A stretch of 64,000 bases of DNA from an uncultured Marinilabiliaceae bacterium (GCA_937920475.1 CALEUX010000035.1:2981-66980); one strand, 5' to 3'; shown: positions 49,945-60,520, counted from the stretch's first letter. Translations and numbers: made by a program. Notes: a model not told the origin generated them from the sequence alone.

Positions 49945-50535
49945 ATGCAGAAAACTAAAACCATGATTCACGAAACAGCAATCATAGATTCCGGTTGCAC
50001 AATTGGTGCAGGAAGCCGTATCTGGCATTTTTGCCATCTTATTAGCGGATGTATAGTTGGAGAAAATTGTAACTTGGGTCAAAATGTTATGGTGGCATCA
50101 GGTGTGGTCTTGGGTAACGGTGTAAAGGTACAGAATAATGTATCTATTTATGAGGGTGTTATTTGTGAGGATGATGTTTTTATCGGCCCATCAGCGGTAT
50201 TTACCAATGTAACCAATCCTCGCAGTTCAATTATCAGAAAAAATCAATATAAGAAAACCATCATCCGAAAAGGTGTTACCATTGGAGCTAATGCAACCAT
50301 ATTGTGCGGCATTGAAATTGGTCAATTTGCCTTTATTGGAGCTGGAGCAGTAGTAACACGCAATGTTTTGCCTTATGCATTAGTGGTTGGCAATCCGGCA
50401 CACCAGGTTGGGTGGATGAGTGAATTTGGGCATAAACTAAGGTTTAAACCCGATGGTTTGGCCGAATGTCCCGAGAGTGGAGAGATGTACCTCTTTAGTG
50501 GTGGTGAAGTTATTAAAATAGCCAGTGAGAAATGA
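49945..50535 (+). CDS. Left-handed beta-helix N-acetyltransferase (WbpD/WlbB-like)
   Basis: Hexapeptide repeats from [22 protein letters not shown]... Start is ATG 49945, 1 nt after the preceding stop. Confidence 0.85.
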   Translation: MQKTKTMIHETAIIDSGCTIGAGSRIWHFCHLISGCIVGENCNLGQNVMVASGVVLGNGVKVQNNVSIYEGVICEDDVFIGPSAVFTNVTNPRSSIIRKNQYKKTIIRKGVTIGANATILCGIEIGQFAFIGAGAVVTRNVLPYALVVGNPAHQVGWMSEFGHKLRFKPDGLAECPESGEMYLFSGGEVIKIASEK

Positions 50536-51563
50536 GTCGGAAAATCAAATTTGCGATAGTTGGTTTAGGTCAGATTGGCAAAAGGCATGCAGCCGTCATT
50601 CAGCGATGCGATAGTGCTGAGCTGGCAGGCGTATGTGATGTTTTATCTTCTGAAACGCTGAACTGGAATAACAAAGAAATACCATTCTTCCCTTCTATTG
50701 AATTAATGCTTCAATCCGGACTGGAAATGGATGTGGTTAATATTTGCACTCCAAACGGCTTGCATGCTTTGCAAGCTATAAAGGTGTTGGAGTCGGGTAG
50801 GCATGTTGTGGTTGAAAAACCTATGGCTTTGCATAAAGCCGATGCCGAAAATGTTATTCATAAGGCATTACAGCATTCGCGATTTGTTTTTACAGTGATG
50901 CAAAACAGGTATTCTCCTCCGGTTAAATGGTTGAAGCAAATAGTGGAACAAGGCGTTTTGGGTGAGGTGTTTTTTGTTCAGATGAACTGCTTCTGGAACC
51001 GCGATGAGCGCTACTACAAATCCGGAAACTGGCACGGAACTGCTGACCTTGACGGAGGAGTGCTGTTTACACAGTTTTCTCATTTTATTGATATTATGTA
51101 TTGGCTTTTTGGAGATGTTTGTAATTTTAAAGGTAATTTCAGAAATTTCGCCCATCAACACAATACAGCTTTTGAGGATACCGGTAGTGTTTCGTTTGAT
51201 TTTGTAAAGGGAGGTTCGGCTAATTTAAATTACACCACCGCCATCTGGGATCGTAATCTCGAAAGCAGCATAACGGTCATTGGTTGTAATGGTTCGGTGA
51301 AAATTTCGGGGCAGTATATGGACAGAGTTGAATTCTGTCACATCAAAGATTATAAAATGCCTGAACTCGAAAAAATTAATCCGCCCAATGATTATGGAGG
51401 GTACAAGGGCTCTGCATCTAATCATGAGGCTGTTATTAATAATGTTATTAAAACCATTCAGGGCGAATCCGGAATAGCAACCAACGCTCTTGAAGGCATG
51501 AAAGTAGTTGAGATAATTGAAAAAATATATCAGGTGAGAGGACCTGGAGAAAGCATCAGATAG
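50532..51563 (+). CDS. Gfo/Idh/MocA family oxidoreductase (WbpB-like)
   Basis: N-terminal Rossmann [14 protein letters not shown] and the EKP motif VVVEKPMAL. Overlaps the upstream gene by 4 nt. Confidence 0.85.
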   Translation: MSRKIKFAIVGLGQIGKRHAAVIQRCDSAELAGVCDVLSSETLNWNNKEIPFFPSIELMLQSGLEMDVVNICTPNGLHALQAIKVLESGRHVVVEKPMALHKADAENVIHKALQHSRFVFTVMQNRYSPPVKWLKQIVEQGVLGEVFFVQMNCFWNRDERYYKSGNWHGTADLDGGVLFTQFSHFIDIMYWLFGDVCNFKGNFRNFAHQHNTAFEDTGSVSFDFVKGGSANLNYTTAIWDRNLESSITVIGCNGSVKISGQYMDRVEFCHIKDYKMPELEKINPPNDYGGYKGSASNHEAVINNVIKTIQGESGIATNALEGMKVVEIIEKIYQVRGPGESIR

Positions 51564-51580
51564 ATAATTTAACCCTAATA

Positions 51581-52879
51581 ATGAAATCCATGTTTCAGGA
51601 ATTAATTGAGAAGAAAACCAGTTTATCGGTAATTGGCTTAGGTTACGTGGGATTGCCCATTGCTCTCGAGTTTGCCCGGAAAATGCATGTGGTAGGCTTC
51701 GATATTCGTCACGATCGCATTGAGATGATGCGCAAAAAAATTGACCCTAGTAACGAGCTCGAATCTGAAGCATTTGATGGTTGCGATATTCATTTTACCA
51801 GCGATCTGGAAGATTTACGGAAAGCAACTTTCCATGTGGTAGCTGTACCTACACCAATCAATAAACATAATTTGCCCGACTTAACGCCACTTTTAAGCGC
51901 CAGTCATACCGTTGGTAAAGTGCTGAAAAAAGGCGATTATGTGGTTTTTGAATCTACAGTGTATCCTGGTTGTACCGAAGAAGATTGCGTTCCCATTCTG
52001 GAAAAAGAATCGGGGCTGAAGTTTAATGTTGATTTTAAAGTTGGTTATTCGCCCGAGAGGATTAACCCGGGCGATAAAGAGCATACCTTAACCAAAATTC
52101 TGAAAATAGTATCAGGCTGCGACGAGGAATCACTTCAGGTTATTTCAGACGTTTATGGCTCCATTATTAAAGCAGGAATTTATAAAGCAAGTTCTATTAA
52201 AGTTGCAGAAGCCGCTAAAATTATAGAAAACACACAGCGTGATGTGAATATTGCTTTAATGAATGAGTTATCGTTAATTTTTAACAGGCTTAACATTAAT
52301 ACCTACGAAGTTCTGGAAGCTGCTGGTACCAAATGGAATTTTCTTAGGTTTTTTCCGGGGCTTGTTGGTGGTCACTGTATTGGTGTTGATCCTTATTACC
52401 TTACCTACAAGGCCAATGAGCTGGGTTATCACTCCAAAATAATTACAGGTGGCCGGGTTATCAATGATGGTATGGCACCATACATTGCACGGCAGGTGGT
52501 GAAAAAACTAATTTCCAAGGGACACAAAATAAACGGGTCGCGCATTTTGGTAATGGGGGCAACCTTTAAAGAAAATGTAAGTGATATAAGAAATTCAAAG
52601 ATTGCCGATTTAGTGAACGAAATGAAATCCTTCAGTATTAATGTAGAAGTGGTCGACCCGCATGCATCATCTGAAGAGGTTGTTCATGAATATGGGTTTG
52701 GACTGGTAGATAAACCCACAGGGCAATATCAGGCAGTTATTGTAGCGGTTAATCACCGCGAGTTTTTGAGTCTCGATGAAGCTTATTTTAAATCAATAAC
52801 AGTTGAAAATCCATTGTTTGTTGATGTGAAAGGCGTTTTCAGAGGTAAAATTAAAGATATTGAATACTGGAGTTTATAA
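51581..52879 (+). CDS. UDP-N-acetyl-hexosamine 6-dehydrogenase family nucleotide-sugar dehydrogenase (WbpA/TviB/WecC-like)
   Basis: VIGLGYVGLP Rossmann motif, catalytic GGHCIGVDP, and a C-terminal UDPG_MGDP_dh domain. Confidence 0.9.
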   Translation: MKSMFQELIEKKTSLSVIGLGYVGLPIALEFARKMHVVGFDIRHDRIEMMRKKIDPSNELESEAFDGCDIHFTSDLEDLRKATFHVVAVPTPINKHNLPDLTPLLSASHTVGKVLKKGDYVVFESTVYPGCTEEDCVPILEKESGLKFNVDFKVGYSPERINPGDKEHTLTKILKIVSGCDEESLQVISDVYGSIIKAGIYKASSIKVAEAAKIIENTQRDVNIALMNELSLIFNRLNINTYEVLEAAGTKWNFLRFFPGLVGGHCIGVDPYYLTYKANELGYHSKIITGGRVINDGMAPYIARQVVKKLISKGHKINGSRILVMGATFKENVSDIRNSKIADLVNEMKSFSINVEVVDPHASSEEVVHEYGFGLVDKPTGQYQAVIVAVNHREFLSLDEAYFKSITVENPLFVDVKGVFRGKIKDIEYWSL

Positions 52880-52899
52880 CTTTACAACCATTACTCAAG

Positions 52900-52945
52900 C
52901 ACCTGATCTGGATTGTTATTTATATCGCCAGTCAGGTGTTTTTTT
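52900..52945 (+). terminator. Rho-independent terminator after the sugar cluster
   Basis: Stem CACCTGA..CTGG / CCAGTCAGGTG with one bulge, followed by a T7 run. Confidence 0.6.
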
Positions 52946-53026
52946 AATCTGTTCATACGCACTGTTCGTTTTTCTTTTTTTTCATGGGCTAATTAATTAA
53001 ATTAGACTTCTTAAAAACTAATAGCC

Positions 53027-54421
53027 ATGTTCGAAAAAGAAGTATATGTTAACCGTCGCAACCGCTTGCAAACCATTGTAAACAGTGGAGTCATTCTTAT
53101 TTTAGGTAACAACGATTCGTCGATGAATTATCCTGCCAATAGTTACCATTTCAGGCAGGACAGTACTTTTCTCTATTTTTTTGGCATCGATTTACAAGGA
53201 TTAGCCGGCATAATTGATGTGGACAATAATCGTCATATCTTGTTTGGCGATGGTTACACACTCGACGATATAATCTGGATGGGGCCACAATCATCGCTTG
53301 TATCCAAAGCAGAAAGGGTTGGTATCCCCGAAGTACTTCCATTTAAAAAGCTTTTCGAAGTTGTAGGTGATGCAATAAAGCAGGGTCGAAAGATTCATTT
53401 TACACCGCCCTACAGGGGTGAAAACATCATGTTGTTAAGCGATTTGCTTGGCCTTGATTATCGGTGGGTTAAGGATTATGCATCAACCAGTTTGATAATG
53501 GCCTGCATAGAATTACGCAGCATCAAAGAGCCCATTGAGATTGAGGAAATGGAACGACATATGGAAGTGGCTTACAAAATGCATACTACAGCTATGCGCA
53601 TGGCACACCCCGGCGTTTCAGAACAGGAAATAACCGGTGTTATCGAGGGCATTTCAATGTCGAGAGGCGGGATGGTTTCATTTCCGGTAATCTGTTCCGT
53701 TCGGGGCGAAACCTTACACAACCACTATCATGGCAATATTTTAAAAACCGGAGATTTACTGTTGGTCGATGCCGGCTCGGAGTCGCCAATGCATTATGCC
53801 ACTGATCATACGCGCACGATTCCGGTTGGAGGGCATTTTACCGCTCAACAAAAAGCCATTTACCAAATTGTTCTCGATGCCAACAACAAAGCTCGTGAGG
53901 CAACACGTCCGGGGGCCTTTTACCGCGATGTTCACTATACTGCCTGCCGCACCATTGCCAATGGGCTTAAAAGCGTTGGGCTGATGAAAGGCGATATTGA
54001 AACCGCCATTCAGGAAGGAGCGCATGCATTGTTTTTTCCACATGGGTTGGGGCATATGCTTGGGCTAGATGTGCATGATATGGAAGATTATAACGATACG
54101 CTGGTGGGATACGATTCTGAAATCAGCCGGTCATCGCAATTTGGTTTACGATCGTTACGTCTTGGCCGTCGCCTGAAACCAGGATTTGTGTTAACCAATG
54201 AACCAGGTATTTATTTCATTCCCGCTTTGATTGACAATTGGCGCAACGAAAAGAAGTTCGAAGCCTTTATTAATTATAATGAAGTTGAGAAATATAAAAA
54301 TTTTGGGGGAATTCGTCTGGAAGATGACATTTTGGTAACTTCAGATGGGGCCAGAATTTTAGGAAACAGAATTCCAATAGACGTTGAAGATGTGGAAACT
54401 GAAGTGGCGAAGAAGCGTTGA
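53027..54421 (+). CDS. Xaa-Pro aminopeptidase (M24B family, AMP_N + peptidase_M24)
   Basis: Metal-ligand motifs DAG...YATDHTR, HGLGHMLGLDVHD, NEPGIY and IRLEDD. Confidence 0.85.
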   Translation: MFEKEVYVNRRNRLQTIVNSGVILILGNNDSSMNYPANSYHFRQDSTFLYFFGIDLQGLAGIIDVDNNRHILFGDGYTLDDIIWMGPQSSLVSKAERVGIPEVLPFKKLFEVVGDAIKQGRKIHFTPPYRGENIMLLSDLLGLDYRWVKDYASTSLIMACIELRSIKEPIEIEEMERHMEVAYKMHTTAMRMAHPGVSEQEITGVIEGISMSRGGMVSFPVICSVRGETLHNHYHGNILKTGDLLLVDAGSESPMHYATDHTRTIPVGGHFTAQQKAIYQIVLDANNKAREATRPGAFYRDVHYTACRTIANGLKSVGLMKGDIETAIQEGAHALFFPHGLGHMLGLDVHDMEDYNDTLVGYDSEISRSSQFGLRSLRLGRRLKPGFVLTNEPGIYFIPALIDNWRNEKKFEAFINYNEVEKYKNFGGIRLEDDILVTSDGARILGNRIPIDVEDVETEVAKKR

Positions 54422-54482
54422 GTTCAAACCCACTTTAAATAAAAGAAACGGGTTATCGTATCATTCCTTAAATACAAATAAA

Positions 54483-55361
54483 ATGAAGAGAATCTTCTTA
54501 ATGGTTGTGGCTCTTACAGGATTATTTTCTTTAAAGAGCCAAACACTGCCATTTAAATTGGAAGAATTAACAGCTCCTGATTTTATAAAGGCAGTTGAAA
54601 AGAGTTCTGCTACCTGTATTCTTCCAATCGGAGTATTCGAGAAACATGGCCCGCACATGCCTTTGGGAACCGATTTGTATATTGCCCGCGAAATTGCCCT
54701 TCGGGCTGCCGAAAAAGAGTACACGGTGGTGTTTCCCTGGTATTATTTTAGCCAGATTAATGAGGCCCGACAACAACCAGGTACAATTGCTTATTCGCAC
54801 GACCTGATATGGAGAGCGCTTCAGGAGACCCTGGATGAGCTTAGCAGAAATGGATTCAAGAAAATAATCATAGTTAACGGGCATGGTGGAAATAACGCCT
54901 TTCTGGAATATTTTGGAATGACCCAGCTTGACAGGAAAAGAGACTATGTTCTGTATTGGTTTCGTCCTCAATTCAATGCTGAGATTCAAAAAAAGGTAGA
55001 TGAACTAACGCAACCTGACCCCAATGGTATGCATGCCGGCAATAGCGAAACTGCCATGGTAATGGCCATTGACCCATCGCTGGTGCATACCCATAGAGCT
55101 GGGCAACAATCGGGAAAAGATGAGGCCAGGATGAACCACTTGAAAAATGTATTTACCGGAATTTGGTGGTATGCCCGTTTCCCAAACCATTATTCAGGCG
55201 ATGGATCGAAAGCCAATGCAGAGGCAGGTGAATTTTTACTCAACAATGCTTCTGAACAGTTAATCGAAGTTTTAAAATCCATAAAATCCGATAAAAAGGT
55301 GCCTGAATTGTATCAGCAGTTTTACAATGATGCTGAAAATCCAATAAAAACCAAGCAGTAG
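54483..55361 (+). CDS. Creatininase-family amidohydrolase with a signal peptide
   Basis: GVFEKHGPHMPLGTDL and NGHGGN motifs. N-terminal MKRIFLMVVALTGLFSLKSQ. Start is ATG 54483. Confidence 0.8.
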   Translation: MKRIFLMVVALTGLFSLKSQTLPFKLEELTAPDFIKAVEKSSATCILPIGVFEKHGPHMPLGTDLYIAREIALRAAEKEYTVVFPWYYFSQINEARQQPGTIAYSHDLIWRALQETLDELSRNGFKKIIIVNGHGGNNAFLEYFGMTQLDRKRDYVLYWFRPQFNAEIQKKVDELTQPDPNGMHAGNSETAMVMAIDPSLVHTHRAGQQSGKDEARMNHLKNVFTGIWWYARFPNHYSGDGSKANAEAGEFLLNNASEQLIEVLKSIKSDKKVPELYQQFYNDAENPIKTKQ

Positions 55362-55416
55362 AATTCTTTAGCAACTAATATTTGCATGGTTTCTGCATTA
55401 CTTGAAAAGTTGAATT

Positions 55417-57396
55417 ATGGAAATGAATATACTACAAGATTTGCTGGTAATATTTGCCTTATCAACTTTTGTCAATTATGTTTTTACACGGATAAAGGTT
55501 CCCACCATTGTAGGTTATTTACTAACAGGAGTTATTGCCGGGCCGCATCTAACAGGTATTGTTCATTCCGACACCAATATAGAGTTGCTGGCCGAGATTG
55601 GTGTAGTGTTGCTACTGTTTACAATTGGTCTTGAATTTTCTTTAAAGCATTTAATAAAAATCCGGAGAATTGTTTTTTGGGGTGGCTTTATGCAAGTGGC
55701 ATTAACCACTTTGATTATAATGTCGTTGGCACAAGGGTTGGAAATGGAATTACCTGCTGCCATATTTATAGGGTTTTTAACTGCATTAAGCAGTACGGCA
55801 GTTGTTTTAAAGGTTTTACAGGAGCGATCGGAGATTTCCTCAAATTACGGTCGCACTGTTTTAGGTATATTAATCTTTCAGGATATCCTGCTGGTTCCCC
55901 TGCTTTTATTTACGCCATTACTGGGCGGAGAAATCAATCATATAACCCGGGATATTATTTTGTTAGGGCTGAAATCCATTCTGATTATTGTTATGGTTTT
56001 TATTGGGCATAAATGGGTAATGCCTATTGTTTTAAGAGCTATAGCCATGACCAAAAATCAGGAATTGTTCTTTATGAGCATCCTGCTCATCTGTTTGTCG
56101 GTTGCTTTTCTTACACACGAGCTTGGTATGTCGCTGGCATTTGGCGCCTTTCTGGCAGGATTAATGATTTCTGAGTCGGAATATAGTCACAACGCTTTTG
56201 GACATATTGTGCCATTTAAAGACACTTTTACCAGTTTCTTTTTTGTTTCCATTGGCATGTTGCTCGATATCAGTTTTGTGGTTGATAATATCGGGCTTGT
56301 TCTATTAACAGTGGCCTTTGTTGTTTTACTTAAAATGGTGGTTGCCGGATTAACCGGGTTTGTTCTGGGGCACACATTCAGGGGACAGGTAATGGTTGGT
56401 TTTGCCTTGGCTCAGGTTGGGGAGTTTTCTTTTATCCTTGCAAAAATGGGACAAGGATTTGATATTCTGAGCGACTATTATTACCAGTTGTTTCTTGCTG
56501 TTGCCATTGTAACCATGTCAATAACCCCATTTATGATTATGGTAGCCCGGCCTCTCGCTAATCTGTTTTTGAAGCTTCCCGTGCCTAAGTTTTTGATTGA
56601 TGGCCTATTCCCATTGAAAGAAATGGACATCCCCGATTTGAAAAACCATTTGGTATTAATCGGCAAGGACTCCCGCTCTTTGAATCTGGCAACCATGGCA
56701 CATCATATAAAAATGCCTTGTATATCTATTGTTTTTGATCCGGCAGCAGTAAAAAAACGTCAGGAAAAAGGGGAAACATTAATTTATGGCGATGCTATTA
56801 ACGACCCTATTCTGAAAAAGGCACATGTTGATACAGCCGAAGTTGTAGTAATATCGGTAGGCGATTTAATTGCATCCATGGCCATAGTTGAGAAAGTGAG
56901 GCATATGAATTCGCATGCTGCAATATTAGTGAGAACCAAACATGTTGAAGATATTGAAGAACTATACCGTTTGGGTGCTACTCAGGTAATTCCGGAAGAG
57001 TTTGAAACGGCCATTGAAATTTTTGAACGGGTTTTAACCAAATATTTGCTGCCACAAAGTGAAATTCGTCAGATAATTGGACGAATTAGAAAAGACAATT
57101 ATGGGGTATTTCGCGACAGTTCTAAAAAACCATCACGGTTTTCGATTATGAAAGATTTACCCAATATTGAAATTGCCGCATTAAAAGTTCGTGAGGATTC
57201 ATTATTAGTGGGTAAAACTTTGGCGGAGACTGATTTTAGAAACAAAGTGGGTGCAACTGTAGTGGCCATTAAACGTGGCGACGACATTATAGAAAATCCC
57301 GGTCCAAATTCTGCTTTTAGAAAAGGAGATATTGGCTATGTGCTTGGCAAACCAGACCAGATTGCTGAAGCTGGTCGTATTTTTGCCGGTGAATAG
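55417..57396 (+). CDS. CPA2-family monovalent cation:proton antiporter with RCK (TrkA-N/TrkA-C) domains (KefB/YbaL-like)
   Basis: About 12 TM Na_H_exchanger region, then the Rossmann-like LVLIGKDSRSL and a C-terminal TrkA-C (LVGKTLAETDFRNKVGATVVAIKRG). Confidence 0.9.
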   Translation: MEMNILQDLLVIFALSTFVNYVFTRIKVPTIVGYLLTGVIAGPHLTGIVHSDTNIELLAEIGVVLLLFTIGLEFSLKHLIKIRRIVFWGGFMQVALTTLIIMSLAQGLEMELPAAIFIGFLTALSSTAVVLKVLQERSEISSNYGRTVLGILIFQDILLVPLLLFTPLLGGEINHITRDIILLGLKSILIIVMVFIGHKWVMPIVLRAIAMTKNQELFFMSILLICLSVAFLTHELGMSLAFGAFLAGLMISESEYSHNAFGHIVPFKDTFTSFFFVSIGMLLDISFVVDNIGLVLLTVAFVVLLKMVVAGLTGFVLGHTFRGQVMVGFALAQVGEFSFILAKMGQGFDILSDYYYQLFLAVAIVTMSITPFMIMVARPLANLFLKLPVPKFLIDGLFPLKEMDIPDLKNHLVLIGKDSRSLNLATMAHHIKMPCISIVFDPAAVKKRQEKGETLIYGDAINDPILKKAHVDTAEVVVISVGDLIASMAIVEKVRHMNSHAAILVRTKHVEDIEELYRLGATQVIPEEFETAIEIFERVLTKYLLPQSEIRQIIGRIRKDNYGVFRDSSKKPSRFSIMKDLPNIEIAALKVREDSLLVGKTLAETDFRNKVGATVVAIKRGDDIIENPGPNSAFRKGDIGYVLGKPDQIAEAGRIFAGE

Positions 57397-57408
57397 AACT
57401 CTTTAGAA

Positions 57409-57635
57409 ACTCTTTAAAATTATTTTTTAGACAAAAGACTTTTAGACACGTGTTCCGGTTCATCGGAAATAGATATAAAACATAACATATTTAAAATAAG
57501 GAAAATAGCTTAACTGTCTTATTTGTCTATACTTTCTATTTTGTCTAATCCCGATAAACCGGGACACGTCTATCTGTCTGAAGTCTAAATTTCTTATAGT
57601 CTTTAATAAAATTAGAAAACTAAATTTAAACAGTT
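57409..57635. repeat. Imperfect palindromic word-repeat element, copy B (TAGAC arm / GTCTA arm, TGTCTAATCCCGAT core)
   Basis: TAGAC at 57428 and 57444. GTCTA at 57525, 57543, 57568 and 57583. The left segment 57448-57475 (ACGTGTTCCGGTTCATCGGAAATAGATA) matches the reverse complement of 57541-57569 at 23 of 28 positions. TTTAGACAAAAGACTTTTAGACACGTG pairs with CACGTCTATCTGTCTGAAGTCTAAA. The ends CTCTTTAAAATTA / AAATTTAAACAG resemble those of copy A. Confidence 0.55.
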
Positions 57636-57637
57636 GC

Positions 57638-57973
57638 TTAATTCTGGCACTTATAATCGCCCAATCCAAGGAGAGGCCAGAAAATAAAAGGCAGGAAAAT
57701 TAATCCCAGAGTAAACCCAACTCCTTGCCCGAAACGTTTTGATACCAAATTGGTAAGCCACACTCCAATAATGAAGTTAACGATGGGAATCATTAACAAA
57801 AAAAGCCACCACCAGGGCTTTTTAACTATTTCAAGCAATACCAGCGTATTATAAACCGGAACAATAGAAGCCCATCCTGGCTTACCTGCTTTTTCATAAA
57901 CACGCCAAAACGCAGCAACCATTAGAACAAGCAAAGCCAAAATCAGAATAAGACTAACAACTACTGATGTCAT
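57638..57973 (-). CDS. DUF5684-like small membrane protein
   Basis: The VYEKAGKPGWASIVPVYN...LEIV.KPWWW pattern is typical of DUF5684. Confidence 0.65.
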   Translation of the reverse strand: MTSVVVSLILILALLVLMVAAFWRVYEKAGKPGWASIVPVYNTLVLLEIVKKPWWWLFLLMIPIVNFIIGVWLTNLVSKRFGQGVGFTLGLIFLPFIFWPLLGLGDYKCQN

Positions 57974-58084
57974 AAAACATAGTTTAATGGTTAATGTTAC
58001 AAATTTAATTTTTTTGTAACAAAGGCGTTCCGTTCAACATTTTTATTTTCACATTGTTTTAAGAGTTATAAATCTGCTTAAACT

Positions 58085-58363
58085 ATGAACCACCATCAAA
58101 TTATACATAATTCTACAGGGCACCGATTCGAGTTGGTTGTTGAGGGAAGCATGGCTGTTTTAACCTATGAACCGCATACAGAAGAAAAGTGGATTTTAAA
58201 CCATACTTATGTTCCCGATCAGTTGAAAGGAAAGGGCATTGGCTCAGAACTGCTGCAATTTGCACTTGCCTATTGCCGTCAAAATCAAATTAAAGTTGTG
58301 CCGGAGTGTTCCTTTGTCTCGGCTTATTTCAGACGGTATCCCCAATGGCAGGATTTGTTATAG
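58085..58363 (+). CDS. Small GNAT-fold N-acetyltransferase (YjdJ-like)
   Basis: 92 aa. HTYVPDQLKGKGIGSELLQFALAYCRQNQIKVVPECSFV matches the GNAT_acetyltran (PF14542-type) pattern. Confidence 0.75.
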   Translation: MNHHQIIHNSTGHRFELVVEGSMAVLTYEPHTEEKWILNHTYVPDQLKGKGIGSELLQFALAYCRQNQIKVVPECSFVSAYFRRYPQWQDLL

Positions 58364-58525
58364 CGAGTCAATAAACAGTTTGGGTTTTATTAAAAGTTGG
58401 TTTCGTTTGGTTTTAGTAATCTCTTTTTGCTTGCTTTTCCTTGTTTGATGGTTTCTTTTTGTTATTTATCATGCAATAATGAAAGAGATTTCTTACTTTT
58501 CGATTGCGTAAAAACCAACACAACA

Positions 58526-60520
58526 ATGAACAACTCAAGGAGTCTTTCAAAAGAAGAAATTCAGATATTAGAAAACAATGGATGTAGCAGTCCCGACTGG
58601 ACAAGGGTACGTGTAAAAGAAGGCTTTATCCCCGATCGTGTGCGTAGCGTTTCTTTCTCAGGCGATGTCTATCTGGGTGTTTTTTCCCGGCAGTTTATTC
58701 TTCAGGGCGGGATAATTAAAATGGCCGGTATCTACAATGCTGTTATTCATCAATGCATCATAGAGGATGATGTTTACATCAATCAGGTTAAAAACTATCT
58801 GGCTAATTACAGAATCGAGAAAAATGTTATTATTGAAAGTGTTGATACGCTTGGTGTTACGGGTAGATCGTGCTTTGGCAATGGAACCAGGGTCGCTGTT
58901 TTAAGCGAAACCGGAGGGCGTGAAATTCCAATTTATAATGGATTGTCGGCTCATACTGCCTACCTTATGACCTTTTATCGGCACCGGCCATCGTTTATTT
59001 CCATCCTCCAGAAAATGGTCGATGATTTTACAAAATCAGTTTGCTCCGAAATGGGGGTAATTGAAGAGGGGGCTCAACTGTTAAGCTGTCGCACCATTTT
59101 AAATGTTAACATAGGCCCATTTGCAAAAATTGAAAGTATTTACCGGCTCAATAATGGCACCATAAACAGCTCTGAAAAAGATCCATCTTTTGTGGGGCCT
59201 GGTGTTATCGCCGAGGATTTTATTTTTTCAAGCGGAAGCCAGGTAAGTGATTCCTCTGTGATATCGAAATGTTTTGTGGGTCAGGGTACGGTGTTGGGGA
59301 AACAATACTCTGCCGAAAATTCTGTCTTTTTTGCCAATTGTCAGGGGTTTCATGGCGAGGCTTGTTCCATTTTTGCCGGTCCCTATACAGTATCGCACCA
59401 TAAATCAACGCTGCTTATTGCCGGGTACTATTCTTTTCTGAATGCCGGAAGTGGCTCGAACCAGAGCAATCATATGTATAAGCTGGGGCCAATTCACCAG
59501 GGCGTTGTTGAAAGAGGCGGTAAAACCACCAGCGATTCCTATTTGTTATGGCCAGCCAAAATTGGTGCTTTTTCCTTGGTAATGGGGCGCCATTACAGGA
59601 ATCCGGATACTTCTGATTTACCTTTTTCATATTTGATAGAGAATACTGATGAAAGTTTTTTGGCACCGGGTATAACCTTGCGCAGCATCGGAACCATTCG
59701 GGATGCCCGTAAATGGCCAAAAAGAGACCGCAGAAAGGACGATAATCTGCTCGATTGTATTGTGTTTAACCTGTTAAGTCCTTACTCCATTCAGAAAATG
59801 ATTAAAGGAGTACAAATCCTTGAAAATCTTAAGAAAACATCAGGTCCTTCATCGGAGTACTTTATGTACAACAGTGCTAAAATAACCAATTCTTCCACTG
59901 AAAGAGGTATTAAGCTATACAGGCTGGGAATAACCAAATTCCTGGGTAACGGATTGGTTAAAAAACTTGAAGTATCTGATTATACCACCGAAGCACAAAT
60001 GCGCAAAGCTATAGCTCCACATGGAACTGAGGGCTCAGGCGAATGGACAGATATGGCCGGATTGATGGTGCCTAAAGAAAAAATTGCATGGTTAATTGAT
60101 GAGGTAGAGCGCGGCTCAATAACGTCATTAGACGAGATGAACAAACTCTATCATCAATGGAAGGATAACTATTTTGTATGGGCATGGAACTGGATTGTGC
60201 CCAGGCTTTTAACTGAGGCTGGCATTGATGTGGAAACTGCAACAGCCAAACAACTTGAATCTTTTGTTGATAAATGGAAAGGCGCAGTGGTATCATTAGA
60301 CCAAATGATGTATGAAGATGCCCGCAAAGAATTTACATTAAAATCGCAAACCGGATTTGGAATTGACGGAGAAGCTGAAACACGCCTGTCGGACTTTGAG
60401 AATGTTCGTGGTGAGTTTACAACCCATCCGGCAGTAACCGATATTATTGAGCATATTGACAAGAAAAGCAAACTAGCTCAGAAGGTTAAAGAAAAATTGA
60501 CACAAGTAATTAATCAATAG
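58526..60520 (+). CDS. DUF4954 family protein (predicted beta-helix), upstream of glmS
   Basis: The MNNSRSLSKEEIQILENNGCSSPDWTRVRV N-terminus, the ~660 aa length and the position next to glmS are typical of Bacteroidota DUF4954. Start is ATG 58526. Confidence 0.7.
   Translation: MNNSRSLSKEEIQILENNGCSSPDWTRVRVKEGFIPDRVRSVSFSGDVYLGVFSRQFILQGGIIKMAGIYNAVIHQCIIEDDVYINQVKNYLANYRIEKNVIIESVDTLGVTGRSCFGNGTRVAVLSETGGREIPIYNGLSAHTAYLMTFYRHRPSFISILQKMVDDFTKSVCSEMGVIEEGAQLLSCRTILNVNIGPFAKIESIYRLNNGTINSSEKDPSFVGPGVIAEDFIFSSGSQVSDSSVISKCFVGQGTVLGKQYSAENSVFFANCQGFHGEACSIFAGPYTVSHHKSTLLIAGYYSFLNAGSGSNQSNHMYKLGPIHQGVVERGGKTTSDSYLLWPAKIGAFSLVMGRHYRNPDTSDLPFSYLIENTDESFLAPGITLRSIGTIRDARKWPKRDRRKDDNLLDCIVFNLLSPYSIQKMIKGVQILENLKKTSGPSSEYFMYNSAKITNSSTERGIKLYRLGITKFLGNGLVKKLEVSDYTTEAQMRKAIAPHGTEGSGEWTDMAGLMVPKEKIAWLIDEVERGSITSLDEMNKLYHQWKDNYFVWAWNWIVPRLLTEAGIDVETATAKQLESFVDKWKGAVVSLDQMMYEDARKEFTLKSQTGFGIDGEAETRLSDFENVRGEFTTHPAVTDIIEHIDKKSKLAQKVKEKLTQVINQ

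Noticed and set aside
55386-55634. 82-aa ORF overlapping the start of the CPA2 antiporter in another frame
   Set aside because: It is an alternative frame of a strongly supported transporter CDS, with no motifs.
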